A program made the translations under genes and the position numbers. Source: Dendrobates tinctorius (Eukaryota). From it: a DNA stretch of 64,000 bases. Position 1 is the stretch's first letter. The number at the start of each line of letters is the position of its first letter. The DNA lies in the NCBI RefSeq assembly GCF_039654945.1, contig NW_027361696.1, positions 11,842,001-11,906,000 on the forward strand. The letters are read 5' to 3'. Of the stretch, positions 27,101 through 35,200 are shown piece by piece. Below the pieces are notes generated by a model. That model was given only the letters and a program-made list of their open reading frames with translations. It was not told the origin of the DNA and did no database searches.

Positions 27101-30100
27101 CTCCAGTGCCACAGCCAGGGACCTCAGTTCCGCAGCCAGTGACCTCAGCTGTGCAGCCAGTGACTGCAGCTCCGCAGCCAGTGACCGCAGTCAGTGACCT
27201 CAGCACCACAGCCAGTGATCGCAGCTCCGCAGCCAGTGACCTCAGTCTCATCGCAGGGATGGCCGTTCTGAGAAGTACTGACCCCATTACCCTGGGACAA
27301 TGGCACAAAGCATCTGCAGAGAGAATCAACAAGGACGGCACACTGCAGGTGGACGGGACCCCCGCTGTGAAGAGGTCCTCTCCTGGAAAAAGCCTTGGCC
27401 TCAACCTGAAGACCCTGATGTACCTGGGAGGTGTGGACCGTTCTGTGAGCCTCCCCTCCGCCATCAACGTCACACAGCCTTATCAGGGCTGCATCGGAGA
27501 AGTGAGTACACAGGGCTCCCCTGTAACAATTCAGGGTGGGGTGGTCCCTGGACATTGTGGTGGTCTCGACCCCGGGGTCTTGGTTCTGATTGTGGTTTTT
27601 AATGTATTTTTTTAGGTTTCCATCAATGGCAAAAAAGTGGACGTTTCCTACAGCTTTGTAGAAAGCCACAGTGTGAGTCAGTGCTACGACCGCTCTCCCT
27701 GCGAACGTATGCCCTGTCTGCACAGAGGCCGCTGCATGGCAACGGGCGACTCCAATTACCAGTGCCAGTGCCGCCCTGGCTTTACAGGTGAGCGCATGAA
27801 CCCGAAGTAACAAATTTTTCTTTACTATTGTTTGCCCACCAATTTGCCTGGATTATGACCCACAACTTTTGGTTTCACTTTCAGTTCCGGTTTGGAACTT
27901 GCAGCTCTCTGGCGCCCCCCTTACCCTCAGGTCAGTCAGGGAACTGCACCTAGGATAAGTAGTCGCCGGAAGGGTTGCCTTGTCGCGTACTGGCTATCGG
28001 GCACTCTGCAGTGAGGGCGGTGTGTATATCACCAGTCTCAGGCAGGAAATACACACATAAACCTCCGATCCATCACTGCCAGGGTTTCCCAATACCACCA
28101 GGACACTTTGCTGCTATCAGCCCCTCGTTCGATACTAAAGACTATATCGGGTCAGGAGCCAACCCAAACGGTAGCGTATTTTAGCGCGGAGTACGTGCCG
28201 GTTCAATCATAGAGCAAAAAGAATGAAGCTAGTAAATTTATAAGTTGACTCCAAAATTATAGGCCGTGTTTGCAAAAATACAAAGATATTACAAAGGAGA
28301 CAAAAATACTGTGTGTACAACAGTTGCAAATAAAAGGGATTAACATGAGACTATGGATCTGAGTCACAGATCTGACGTGTTGATAAAGGGGAGGAGGGCC
28401 ATCCCAGGAAAAAGGGTCCGTCAGCACAGCGTCTTGATAGCTGGCCCTCCAGGCATCCGGCAACCCCCCAAATGAGCGTCTCAGCTTCATCCTTTTCTCT
28501 TGCTGACCTCACTAGGTGTGCTGAGCCAGGGGATATACACCCCTTTTTTGAAAGTTATTACAGCTTTTATTTGCCATATCTCTGGCCAGGAGGCTCATAG
28601 AGTGACACCAGGGGTATCATATTTTCTTTTACAAAATTATCTTTCGTTTGAGACCAAATATGATATGTATGTGGGCTACGGAGTGGCAGAAACTGTTTTT
28701 CTGGCTTCTTAATGACCCTAGAAGTTGCAATATGTTGCGGTGTGTAGCCTAAATTCTACCGGTTCTGAAAATATGTGTTTGCTGTCTCTAGGATAAATGT
28801 GCGTTATTACAATTTGAGTTTGAACAGACAAATGATCATGTGGTTGGAACAAAACCACATTTGACTGGTCGGGAGCAATAAAAGAAGACCAACAGCTGAA
28901 AGGAGGGGGAGTGAGGGGGAAGGTGGTTAGTATTTCATACAGGCCGAGAGAGGGGGGCTGGAAGCTGTGAGGGGGATTGTTTGTGAGCTTGTCATTCACA
29001 AACCAAGGAAAGACAGCAGGCAGCTCTGGATGGGTACTTTGGTTATTTAGGAAACACTCATATTTTCCTGACACCCGAATGTAAATGTGCACCATGTGGG
29101 GTGGTGACGTCTCCGGAAATCAGCAGCCAGCGAGCGTCCAGCTGTGGTAGGACAAGGCCAGGAATGGCTGCGGACAGTCTACAGGGGCCACCACCATCCA
29201 ACCGTCCAGAATAATGATGACGACTAATCCCCGGAGGGAAACAATGTAAAAGGATTCTCTCTCATCTCACAGGTCACCGGTGTGAAACACCTGAGGATCG
29301 CTGCCAGATCCACAATATCTGCACCAATGGTGGCTCCTGCAAGGAGAACAGATGTCACTGCCCAGAAGGCTTCTCAGGAGTGTACTGTGAGCAAGGTGAG
29401 GCCGTCCGTTCACCATCCGACAGGGGTAGTCACACAGTCCAGACCCCGCACAGTACTGTACTGCCGGCACGTACCGCTGCCCAGGACTGTCAGCTCCCAC
29501 ATGGCAGTAAAACGTCTCCACCAATGGAAACATGACAGGGCCTGTCTTGAGCACAGCTGCTCAGATCCTCACAGCCATATTGTCCTCACCCCCTGTCCTC
29601 GCTCCTCCACACACTCCCTCGCCTGTCACGCCTGCCTTCACACACTCGCTCGTCCCGCCGCACACACCCGCCTTTCCCCTCTGCACATGCTGGCCCCTCC
29701 ATATACGCTCACTCGGCCCTCCGCATATGCTCGCTCGCCCTTCTGCACAGGCTCGCCCCTCCGCAAACGCTCACTCCTCTGCACACGCTCACCCGCCCCT
29801 CCACACACGCTCGCCCGCCCCTCCACACACGCTCGCCCGCCCCTCTGCACACTCGCCCCTCCTCACACTCTCACCCTGTCGCACACTCGCCTCTCCGCAC
29901 ACGCCCGCCCCTCCACACATGCTTGCTCACCCCTCTGCACACTCCGCCGTTCTGCACACTCCCGCCCTTCTGCACATACTTGCCAATCTGCACACACCCG
30001 CCCCTCTGTACACCCTCGCCCGTACCTCCGCACATGCTCACTTGCCCCTCCGCACACACTCGCCGGCCCCTGCGGTGGACACAGCCTGTCGGTATTTAGG

Positions 30101-30727
30101 AGCTCGGCTTTGCCTGTGTCACTGTGGTAATCGGCTTATTTGCACTTGTACAGGAGCAGTATCGACAAATCTGGATGATGGCGTGCACGAAGGGAGTGGG
30201 GGGAACGGTATTGTATCCCGGATTTCTTTTCATTTTCCTCTTTTTCCGTGGTTTCATTCATTGTGATTTGGGACATTAGTTCTGGCAGCATTCGCCATCT
30301 TCTGGGCCACCAGGAGCGAGCGGCCTTCTGCTGGGGCTTGTAGTGCAGGTGTCTGGCAGAGGGTTACCCTCTGCCAGTTCAGATCTTTTTATTTCCAACC
30401 TCTGATCTTTATTTTTGGTTCTCCCGGCCTTCTCGTTGACTGGCTGTTCCCTCCACCACTTCATCCAATGAGATGCTGTTGTTTCTGCTTCTTTTGCAGA
30501 TGCTCCGGGGGTTTACGGATCCTTCTTTTCCGGGGACTCTTACATTACTCTTCCGAGGCAGACCTTCCCCAGAAGGTAGGAGAGACTGGAAGCCGGGGGG
30601 CTGGGGTGTGATGACTTTTACATCTTTCATCTTTGCTGCTTCTTCCAGCCGGCCGGACTCCCCAGAAACCATAGAGTTGGAGCTGCGGACCATGTCTGCG
30701 GACGGCGCCATCTTGTGGCAGGGAATG
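1..30727 (+). CDS. HSPG2: Perlecan (basement membrane heparan sulfate proteoglycan core protein), partial multi-exon gene: C-terminal domain IV Ig modules and domain V; both gene ends lie outside the identified exons
   Basis: 33 GT-AG exons splice in frame. The translation is colinear with perlecan as I recall it, e.g. WSKLRAPLPWQH..IPRVAQQDSGQYICNA, PPYATT..QCLAHGTPPL, INIRTSVQTV, ERVVPYFT, RFDAGSGMATIR, GKFQGLDLNEELYLGGYP, EGSGGNDAPG, PETIELELRT. Confidence 0.96.
302..440 (+). CDS. HSPG2: HSPG2 exon, C-half of Ig domain
   Basis: cacag|VLGSRLRIVHASVADSGEYICRLTSGAVTRQAVITVTITRAINPVH|gtgagt. Confidence 0.92.
520..668 (+). CDS. HSPG2: HSPG2 exon, N-half of Ig domain
   Basis: ctcag|GITPTIRIESPLSAVSEGQTVVLNCVVEGQTRQEVSWYRQGQPLSHNHQ|gtatca. 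Confidence 0.92.
846..975 (+). CDS. HSPG2: HSPG2 exon, C-half of Ig domain
   Basis: cccag|VDGSRLRILNASPQDSGEYICQVSGSSGIQAASITVSIEGSRH|gtaagt. Confidence 0.92.
990..1575. repeat. Pyrimidine-rich minisatellite, unit ~30 bp (tttccttgttgccttttattatcttttc)
   Basis: About 19 degenerate tandem copies of ccttgttgcctttt. Confidence 0.9.
1876..2030 (+). CDS. HSPG2: HSPG2 exon, N-half of Ig domain
   Basis: ttcag|SGISGAIRIEPSSQTVEEGQNLELSCLMEGLSGHSVTWHRSNGRPLSTNHQ|gtaagt. Confidence 0.92.
2106..2235 (+). CDS. HSPG2: HSPG2 exon, C-half of Ig domain
   Basis: gtcag|VVGPRMRIIGATVADSGEYVCQVNTGSRVQEAAITVIVRHSSQ|gtgggt. Confidence 0.9.
2407..2561 (+). CDS. HSPG2: HSPG2 exon, N-half of Ig domain
   Basis: ctcag|PANIPTPILIEKTPGPVAEGQTVDVNCVVIGHPDAAVTWMRPGASFSPNHQ|gtaaca. 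Confidence 0.9.
2590..2992. repeat. Minisatellite, unit ~40-43 bp (gtagtagatgttacctgcagtcccatgtaacacctgagatact)
   Basis: About 9-10 tandem copies filling the intron. Confidence 0.9.
3025..3163 (+). CDS. HSPG2: HSPG2 exon, C-half of Ig domain
   Basis: tttag|ISGSRLRIVQASSADSGEYVCHYRSLSGALKASVLISVLSGVQNVY|gtaagt; the 3' boundary could alternatively be 3223 or 3283 (see findings). Confidence 0.88.
3136..3736 (+). repeat. 60-bp tandem repeat made of the exon 3' end plus the 5' splice donor (gtcctctatggggtgcagaacgttcacc|gtaagtccccttcttcc...)
   Basis: 10 copies; donor-equivalent positions 3164, 3224, 3284, 3333, 3393, 3452, 3511, 3571, 3631, 3691. Confidence 0.93.
3761..3904 (+). CDS. HSPG2: HSPG2 exon, Ig domain
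   Basis: tctag|RLESPVISINPPSATIRKGENATFKCHVHTGAQPIRVTWKMGQNQPVQ|gtaagg. Confidence 0.93.
3975..4109 (+). CDS. HSPG2: HSPG2 exon, Ig domain
   Basis: tgcag|DNVHISSNGSIINIVGAHHKNQGAYRCMAANAFGAVDSAVTLVVE|gtgagt. Confidence 0.93.
4263..4444 (+). CDS. HSPG2: HSPG2 exon, Ig domain
   Basis: tctag|GRPTVSVIPPGPIKVNVGETVYLECSGVGDPRPVVSWRR...LDSHAVLQ|gtactg. Confidence 0.93.
4525..4865. repeat. Minisatellite, unit ~23 bp (cagtgtataccgccccatgcg)
   Basis: Degenerate tandem copies of agtgtatac. Confidence 0.85.
5022..5217 (+). CDS. HSPG2: HSPG2 exon, Ig domains
   Basis: cgtag|ITSVKLGDSGSYTCVGHNPAGSAQVLVDVIVED...GETATLRCSAA|gtgacg. Confidence 0.92.
5299..5478 (+). CDS. HSPG2: HSPG2 exon, Ig domain
   Basis: tgcag|GNPTPSITWSKLRAPLPWQHQIVNDSLVIPRVAQQDSGQYICNASNADGHSEVFITLDVE|gtaaga. 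Confidence 0.95.
5640..7710. repeat. Minisatellite, unit ~31-32 bp (gtacatgtggtgacattgctctgaatacggg), in two blocks 5640-5833 and ~7040-7710
   Basis: The same unit lies on both sides of an unrelated ~1.2-kb insert. Confidence 0.88.
5834..7040. mobile_element. Insertion splitting the minisatellite, probably LTR-derived remnant(s)
   Basis: Abrupt compositional break; begins TGTCACG, with a GTGACA near 6736; no clean TSD seen. Confidence 0.4.
7756..8016 (+). CDS. HSPG2: HSPG2 exon, complete Ig domain
   Basis: cccag|PPYATTLPDELSVSVGEPIRLQCLAHGTPPLKFQWSK...DAGTYRCVVSNKVGESAALTHISVV|gtgagt. Confidence 0.95.
8169..8331 (+). CDS. HSPG2: HSPG2 exon, Ig domain
   Basis: tgcag|PFSVRVSPQVDTKAVGDTAEFTCTVLGVPRAKIQWIKEGGELPSNHTVDGAWI|gtaaga. 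Confidence 0.93.
8860..9680. repeat. 20-bp minisatellite (tcaccccgaggtctggccca)
   Basis: About 40 tandem copies running up to the next acceptor. Confidence 0.92.
9692..9789 (+). CDS. HSPG2: HSPG2 exon, Ig domain
   Basis: cccag|ITNLERGNEGVYTCRASSKLGQAQDSGKLVVQ|gtgagt. Confidence 0.92.
9871..10137 (+). CDS. HSPG2: HSPG2 exon, complete Ig domain
   Basis: atcag|LPKVRINIRTSVQTVLAGNSVEFECLAIGDP...DAGQYRCTVTNHVGEVQSHVILHVQ|gtaagg. Confidence 0.95.
10218..10330 (+). CDS. HSPG2: HSPG2 exon, last Ig domain N-half
   Basis: cacag|VPQIAAQPEMKEITTGSTAVFPCLASGFPVPEITWTK|gtacag. Confidence 0.93.
10360..10790. repeat. Minisatellite, unit ~44 bp (caccacatgtgggcagtcggag...cccctgtactcgaggta)
   Basis: About 9 degenerate tandem copies. 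Confidence 0.85.
10846..10993 (+). CDS. HSPG2: HSPG2 exon, last Ig domain C-half
   Basis: gacag|LEGDLPSEAGIENNVLTIPSVKPEDAGTYVCTAANRQGRVTAFSMLKVR|gtgaga. Confidence 0.94.
11070..12895. repeat. Minisatellite, unit ~33-34 bp (gggccttgtcttgttcggcacaggtccggctcc) with a short internal inversion at ~11345-11440
   Basis: About 50 degenerate copies; gagaaggacctctgccaaacag at 11361-11440 is the reverse complement of neighbouring units. Confidence 0.9.
12932..13042 (+). CDS. HSPG2: HSPG2 exon, start of domain V (LG1)
   Basis: ttcag|ERVVPYFTGHSHLALPSLKDAHKKFDIKITFRPDYAD|gtaaga. Confidence 0.95.
13612..15170. repeat. 39-bp minisatellite (ggtatcactcccatcatccccctccttgtagaggcctt) split by a MITE
   Basis: About 2 copies at 13612-13694 and about 15 copies at 14590-15170. 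Confidence 0.9.
13695..14589. mobile_element. PIF/Harbinger-like non-autonomous element (MITE)
   Basis: TIRs GGCTGTGTTCACACGT / ACGTGTGCACATAGCC; 3-bp TSD TCA; removal restores the ggtaTCActccc repeat unit; related to 40725-43931. Confidence 0.8.
15183..15430. repeat. 18-bp minisatellite (gtgtcaggagcgagtgcg)
   Basis: About 13 tandem copies. Confidence 0.85.
16130..17425 (+). mobile_element. Degenerate Penelope-like retroelement fragment, interrupted by a solo LTR
   Basis: Broken frames give ASSCRPLHV, ITFSTQYN, ILEKYPPIL, GVRCVTKRAPT and GFYKCG, resembling the Penelope RT-thumb/linker region as I recall it. Confidence 0.45.
16227..17065 (+). mobile_element. Solo LTR
   Basis: Termini TGTCATGAT...ATCGTGACA; 5-bp TSD GGAGG (16222-16226 / 17066-17070); TATAAAA at 16451. 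Confidence 0.85.
18266..18350 (+). CDS. HSPG2: HSPG2 exon, LG1
   Basis: cacag|GMLVYSGQKKSKGADFMSFGLVGGRPEF|gtgagg; missed by the ORF track. Confidence 0.94.
18355..19770. repeat. G-rich minisatellite, unit ~20-21 bp (gggggttgtggggtcatatcta / gggggttgtgggttcattcct)
   Basis: Two blocks, 18355-18756 and 19250-19770, separated by a solo LTR. Confidence 0.88.
18757..19249. mobile_element. Solo LTR (~490 bp)
   Basis: TG...CA termini (TGTTGGGG...CTTCACA); 4-bp TSD GTAG; removal restores the ggggttGTAGggtca repeat unit. Confidence 0.75.
19915..20059 (+). CDS. HSPG2: HSPG2 exon, LG1
   Basis: tgcag|FDAGSGMATIRYPIPISLGEFHTVTLYRNLNQGSLVVDNQMPVNGSSQ|gtacct. Confidence 0.95.
20147..20246 (+). CDS. HSPG2: HSPG2 exon, LG1
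   Basis: tgcag|GKFQGLDLNEELYLGGYPNFEAVSKTDLSRGFV|gtgagt. Confidence 0.95.
20328..20437 (+). CDS. HSPG2: HSPG2 exon, LG1 end / EGF start
   Basis: cccag|GCVRQLIIQGEEVIFKDLDLIANSISSCPTCRDRPCK|gtaaag. Confidence 0.95.
21462..22120. mobile_element. Harbinger-like MITE with internal hairpin
   Basis: TIRs AGGCCCTGTCTCACTAAGCGA / TCGCTTAGTGTGACGGGGCCT; TTA/TAA flanks (could also be read as TTAA); internal inverted repeat ~21700-21960. Confidence 0.75.
22405..22752. mobile_element. Tc1-like terminal fragment
   Basis: Ends gtggtctcttaatttttgtcagagccg, resembling a Tc1-type TIR, next to a TA-rich tract; no partner TIR found. Confidence 0.4.
22752..23220. repeat. (TA/TG)n low-complexity tract containing a ~120-bp tandem duplication
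   Basis: 22958-23060 is repeated at 23078-23180; a similar tract lies at 21005-21165. Confidence 0.8.
23860..24395. repeat. 49-51-bp minisatellite (cagtcttagcactgggctgcagtggtcttgtggctccgggggtctctgc)
   Basis: 11 highly similar tandem copies. Confidence 0.92.
24865..25142. repeat. ~65-bp degenerate tandem repeat (gctggccacctcccctccgtccacctctgcagc...), also present at 20530-20636
   Basis: The same unit occurs at both ends of intron 20438-25211. Confidence 0.75.
25212..25320 (+). CDS. HSPG2: HSPG2 exon, EGF-like
   Basis: ttcag|NRGICRDSDSSSYVCDCPPGFAGSNCEHHQALHCHP|gtactg. Confidence 0.95.
25394..25492 (+). CDS. HSPG2: HSPG2 exon, EGF-like
   Basis: ctcag|ACGHEATCINRADGTGYTCRCHLGKSGEKCMD|gtaagg. 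Confidence 0.95.
25570..25791 (+). CDS. HSPG2: HSPG2 exon, LG2
   Basis: tgcag|VMVNTPSFNGETSYISYPSLTNIHNDLRVDLEFKPLAPSGLIFFSGGQGAPVEDFVSVTMAGGHLEFRYELGS|gtacgg. Confidence 0.95.
26320..27245. repeat. 12/21-bp compound minisatellite (gcagccagtgacc[tcagctcc])
   Basis: More than 45 copies, abutting the acceptor at 27256. Confidence 0.92.
27257..27501 (+). CDS. HSPG2: HSPG2 exon, LG2
   Basis: cgcag|MAVLRSTDPITLGQWHKASAERINKDGTLQVDG...LMYLGGVD...YQGCIGE|gtgagt. Confidence 0.94.
27616..27787 (+). CDS. HSPG2: HSPG2 exon, LG2 end plus EGF-like
   Basis: tttag|VSINGKKVDVSYSFVESHSVSQCYDRSPCERMPCLHRGRCMATGDSNYQCQCRPGFT|gtgagc. Confidence 0.95.
27806..29073. mobile_element. ~1.27-kb solo-LTR-like element, copy 1 of a family with three copies in the window
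   Basis: Ends TTCCTGACA; flanked by direct repeat CCCGA(A) at 27801 and 29074; homologous to 44836-46056 and, inverted, to 48147-51430. Confidence 0.75.
29273..29395 (+). CDS. HSPG2: HSPG2 exon, EGF-like
   Basis: cacag|HRCETPEDRCQIHNICTNGGSCKENRCHCPEGFSGVYCEQ|gtgagg. Confidence 0.94.
29590..30075. repeat. C-rich minisatellite, unit ~18-22 bp (cacacgctcgcccgcccctc)
   Basis: Degenerate tandem copies. Confidence 0.85.
30154..30207 (+). CDS. HSPG2: HSPG2 54-bp linker exon (Ser-Gly GAG site and residue before the LG3 cleavage site)
   Basis: tacag|AVSTNLDDGVHEGSGGN|gtattg; matches the perlecan EGSGGN|D linker. Confidence 0.9.
30500..30575 (+). CDS. HSPG2: HSPG2 exon, start of LG3
   Basis: tgcag|DAPGVYGSFFSGDSYITLPRQTFPR|gtagga. 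Confidence 0.92.
30649..30727 (+). CDS. HSPG2: HSPG2 exon, LG3 (last exon found)
   Basis: tccag|RPDSPETIELELRTMSADGAILWQGM|gtgagt. Confidence 0.92.
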
Positions 30728-32203
30728 GTGAGTGGAATTACTATGTTCTGTTATGTGAGGAAACACAATTCAGGGGTGTACTTAGTTATTCTCATGACAG
30801 CAGTATCACCTAAGAACACCGGTGCTCACTTGTATGATTACAGAATTTGCAGATTTTTATTCCGCGCTCTTCCGATAACGATTGTGTGACGCGTTTTGGT
30901 TTGTCAGAAGCCTCTGCCAGGTCACCATCACACACAGGGAGTTTATCGGGGTCCACAGGGTGTAGAACAGGCGGCTCCCTATAGCAACTACTTCTGTACC
31001 AGATAAAGCCTCATTCATAGGGAGCCGTTCACACTGTAAAATGTAAGACACAGAGCCAGGAGCATAAAGATCCATCTATAGAGACAGTGTCTGCGGTGTG
31101 ACCTTGGCTGTTTATTATCAGACATATGATACAGGTGACTGACACAATGTCGGAGCAATGATTGTAATACAGTAGGTACAGAAAGTATTCAGACCCCTTT
31201 AAATTTTTCACTCTTTATTAAAAGAACTGAAATGTAGAAATTTTTGAAAATTTATTAAAAAAGAAAAACTGAAATATCACATGGTCATAAGTATTCAGAC
31301 CCTTTACTCAGTATTGAGTAGAAGCACCCTTTTGAGCTAGTACAGCCATGAGTTTTGTTGGGAATGATGCAACAAGTTTTTCACACCTGGAATCGGGGAT
31401 CCTCTGCCATTTTTCCTCTCCAGTTCCGTCAGGTTGGATAGTGAATGTTGGTGGACAGCCATTTTCAGGTCTCTCCAGAGATGCTCAATTGGGTTTAGGT
31501 CAGGTCTCTGGCTGGGCCAGTCAGGAATGGTCACAGAGTTCTTCTGAAGCCACTTCTTTAGTATTTTAGCGGAGTGCTTAGGGTCATTGTCTTGTTGGAA
31601 GGTGAACTTTCGGCCAAGTCTGAGGTCCAGACCACTCTGGAAGAGGTTTTAATCCAGGATATCTCTGTATTTGGCTGCATTCATGTTTCCTTCAATGGAA
31701 ACCAATCGTCCTGTCCCTGCAGCTGAAAAACACCCCCCATAGCATGATGCTGCCACCACCATGTTTCACTGTTGGGATTTGTCAGGAATTTTTAGGGATA
31801 TAAGCCAACTTTTTTTTTTAATTTGTTAAACAGCAACAAACAAACAAACATATTTGGTACATAACCAGTGTAATGTATACAGGTTCATTATGGTAAAACA
31901 ACAAGCTTGCAATATGAGCTATTTGTACAGACTTCAATCACACAGATCCTCACTCAATTGCGAGGCCTATGGACAATTAAGGGGTAATTAAAAAGAAAAG
32001 AAGAAAAGGTGTCATTGTTCGTTATTCTATATGTTTGGCTATGCATAGCTCAAAGTGATACATTACATTCAACATATTGATCATAAAGCTAAAACTACTA
32101 CTATCCTGCCGCCATAAACAACCTCCACAATGCTAATGACATTATGAAACTATGAAGTGTGAATTAATGTATTCTTCACTACAGCCATTATGATGGTATC
32201 AAA

Positions 32204-35200
32204 CTATTGTCTACATGGTGACTTAGTAAGGTGAGAAGTATTCCACACTTCCCAAATCTTATTGAACTTTCCCAGGCAACCCCTATTTTGATACATTGTC
32301 TGCTCGTAAGGTATAACTGAATTCACCAACTCAATCCAAGCTCTAAGAGATGGATGTGCATTACCCATCCAACGCAAGGCCAATATTTTCCTGGCTAAGA
32401 AATGTCTCACGTAGGAAAATTTTAACATGGTGCCCCCAAATCTCTTCCTCTAGTACACCAAACAGACACACCAATAAGTTAAGAGGAACAGGAGTGCAAA
32501 TAAGGGAGGTCAACAATGAAGTTACCTCTTTCCAGAAGGATAGGATAATTGGGCACCCCCATACCATATGTATAAAACCCGCATCTTGGGCATTCTGAAG
32601 ATTGAGACCACCCCATTCTAAATAATTGCAACGGAGTCAGATAAGACTGGTGTACTATATATAGTTGAGTCATCCTGTTATTAGCCGACGGAGACACCTT
32701 GGGTTGGAGATTCAAGAATCTCTTCCCAATCCTCATCTTGAATGTCAGAGATGAGAGATTTCCATTTCCCTCTTATTGTCAGTGAAACTGAATCGGTACC
32801 CACGGCCAACATATATGTATATAAAGCAGAAATAAAGCCCTGTGACTTAAGAATCCCTATTAACGGGAAGGACAATAGTTGCATAAGTTTGATTGAATTG
32901 CTGATCTAAGCTGTAGATAGCGAAAAAATTGGGACCTCGGGATACTATATTTGGTTTGTATTTGTTCAAAGGACATTAGGACATTGTATTCGTATAGCTC
33001 ATTGACCGAGGAGATGTTATGTGAGACCCAGAATTGAGTAGGTGGGTGATTTAATAACATTGGAAAATAAGTATTATTCCATAATGGCATTTCAGCTATG
33101 ATGTCATCAAAACAAACCACTTGTTTAAATTGTCTCCAGACCGACCTAGCCAAACGAAGCAGGGGTAATAATCCAGAGACATTAGGTTTATCTATTTCTA
33201 AAAATCCCAACAAGCAGTTGGTCCCTGCAACATGGGCCAAATGGCTCTCCGAGTTGGGTAGATAATTATTGAGCATCCATTCACTCAAGGCTCTGATCTG
33301 CCCAGCCAAATAATATAAAAATAAATCCGGCAGCGCCGCTCCCCCCATCTGTCTAGACCTATGTAAGGTGGACAGTTTGAGTTTAGGTCTGGTCTTTCCC
33401 CATATAAAGGATGAGGTCAATGAATTTAGAGCTGAGAGAAAGGATTTAAGGATCAATACTGCACTATGTTGGAGGGAATAATTAAGCTTTGGGAGTAGGA
33501 TCATTTTAATTAAGTTAATACGTCCAGAGACAGATAATGGTAGTTTGCTCGAAATAGCAAATTTGAGCTTGACAGGTTCCAACAGCGGGAGAATATTGAG
33601 TTGTAAATGAAGTTTACTCTTTTTTGGGATATTTATTCCCAGGTATTTAAAATTAGTTACAATAGGCAGTGGAGATAACGTTTCAAGGTGACCTATTGGA
33701 CCGTGGAAGAGAGGCGTTAAAGTGGATTTATCCCAGTTTATATAGAATCCCGAATAATTACTAAATTTGTCTATTGTGGCAATCACATATAGCAACGTTT
33801 CTTCTGTGTTATCCATGAATATCACCATGTAGTCAGCATATAAGCCAATGGTGTCCAAACGACCCGCTATATCTATACCCTTAATGACCGGAGTGGATCT
33901 TATACGTATCGCCAGTGCTTCGATCACGAGAGCAAAGAGGGCTGGGGAGAGGGGACACCCCTGACGTGTTCCCCTTGCCAAAGAGAATGATTCGGATATA
34001 TATGTAGAGTTATTTATTATTATTCGGGCTTTTGGCTTCATATACATTGCGCCAATCCACTTCCGAAATTTAGAACCAAAACCATATTTTTGTAAACATA
34101 CGGATAAGAAGGACCACTCAAGGGAGTCAAAGGCCTTAGTTGCATCTAACGAGGCCAAGGCCCACTTATTATCTGGCACCAGGGAGCTGTACTGAACCAC
34201 GGACTGAACTCTCCTAATATTAATAGACGTATTCTTCCCTGGCATAAAATCGGTCTGGTCTGGATGTATTATTTCAGGTATCACCGAATTCAGTCTAGTG
34301 GCCAGGATCTTAGTGAAGATCTTATAGTCCACATTTACCAGTGACATGGGATGATATGATCCACAGTCAAGGGGGTCTTTCCCCTCTTTCTTAAGAATTA
34401 TTATATTTGCCTCATAAAAGGAGTCTGGTAGAGAGCCTCTCTCCCAAGTTTCCCAAAACATCTTTAGGAGGAGTGGCTCCAAAACATCCCAGTACTTCCT
34501 GTACATTTCTATGGGAAACCCATCCGGCCCAGGTGCTTTCCCAGAGGCTAGATCCGCAATAGCTCCATTTATTTCCTCTATAGTACAGTCTGTATCCAGA
34601 AAGGCTTGTTGAGTAGGGCCTAACATGGGAAACTCCACATCTGATAAGTATTCAAGACATTCCAAAGCGCTGAAACTACCTCTGGAGCTATATAATGTTT
34701 TATAGTAATCATGGAAATATTGGATTATGTCATCAGTTGTGGTTATTATCGAATTATCAGGCATTCGAATTTGAAGTATGGTATTAGATGTGTTGTGATG
34801 GCGTACTATAAATGCCAGTTGTTTGCTGGATTGATTCCCCAGTTCAAAATATGACTGACATTTAGATTTGGTATCCATATATTGAGTATATAATCTATAG
34901 GAGTTCAACCACTCAATTCTATTTTCATTTGTCTGGTTAGCTATATAAGTTGCCTCCGAATCCCTCAGGCGCCTCTCCATCTCATCATCCTCCCTTGATG
35001 TCGTCCGTTTAATATAAGAAATTGTAGAGGACAAACATCCCCTTAAATATGTCTTAAGGGCATCCCAGAACAAATTAATATTTTGGGGTTCAGGGTGAGA
35101 TGAAATGAAGCAGTCCAACTGGTCCAGAGTCCTGTCATTGGGGCCTATCAATTTCAGCCAAAATAGGTTTAGCTTCCAAAATATACCGTGACTTTCCTGG

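Noticed and set aside
29282-30266. 282-aa and 244-aa His/Pro/Thr-rich ORFs
   Set aside because: Read-through of a C-rich minisatellite; only 29273-29395 and 30154-30207 are true exons.
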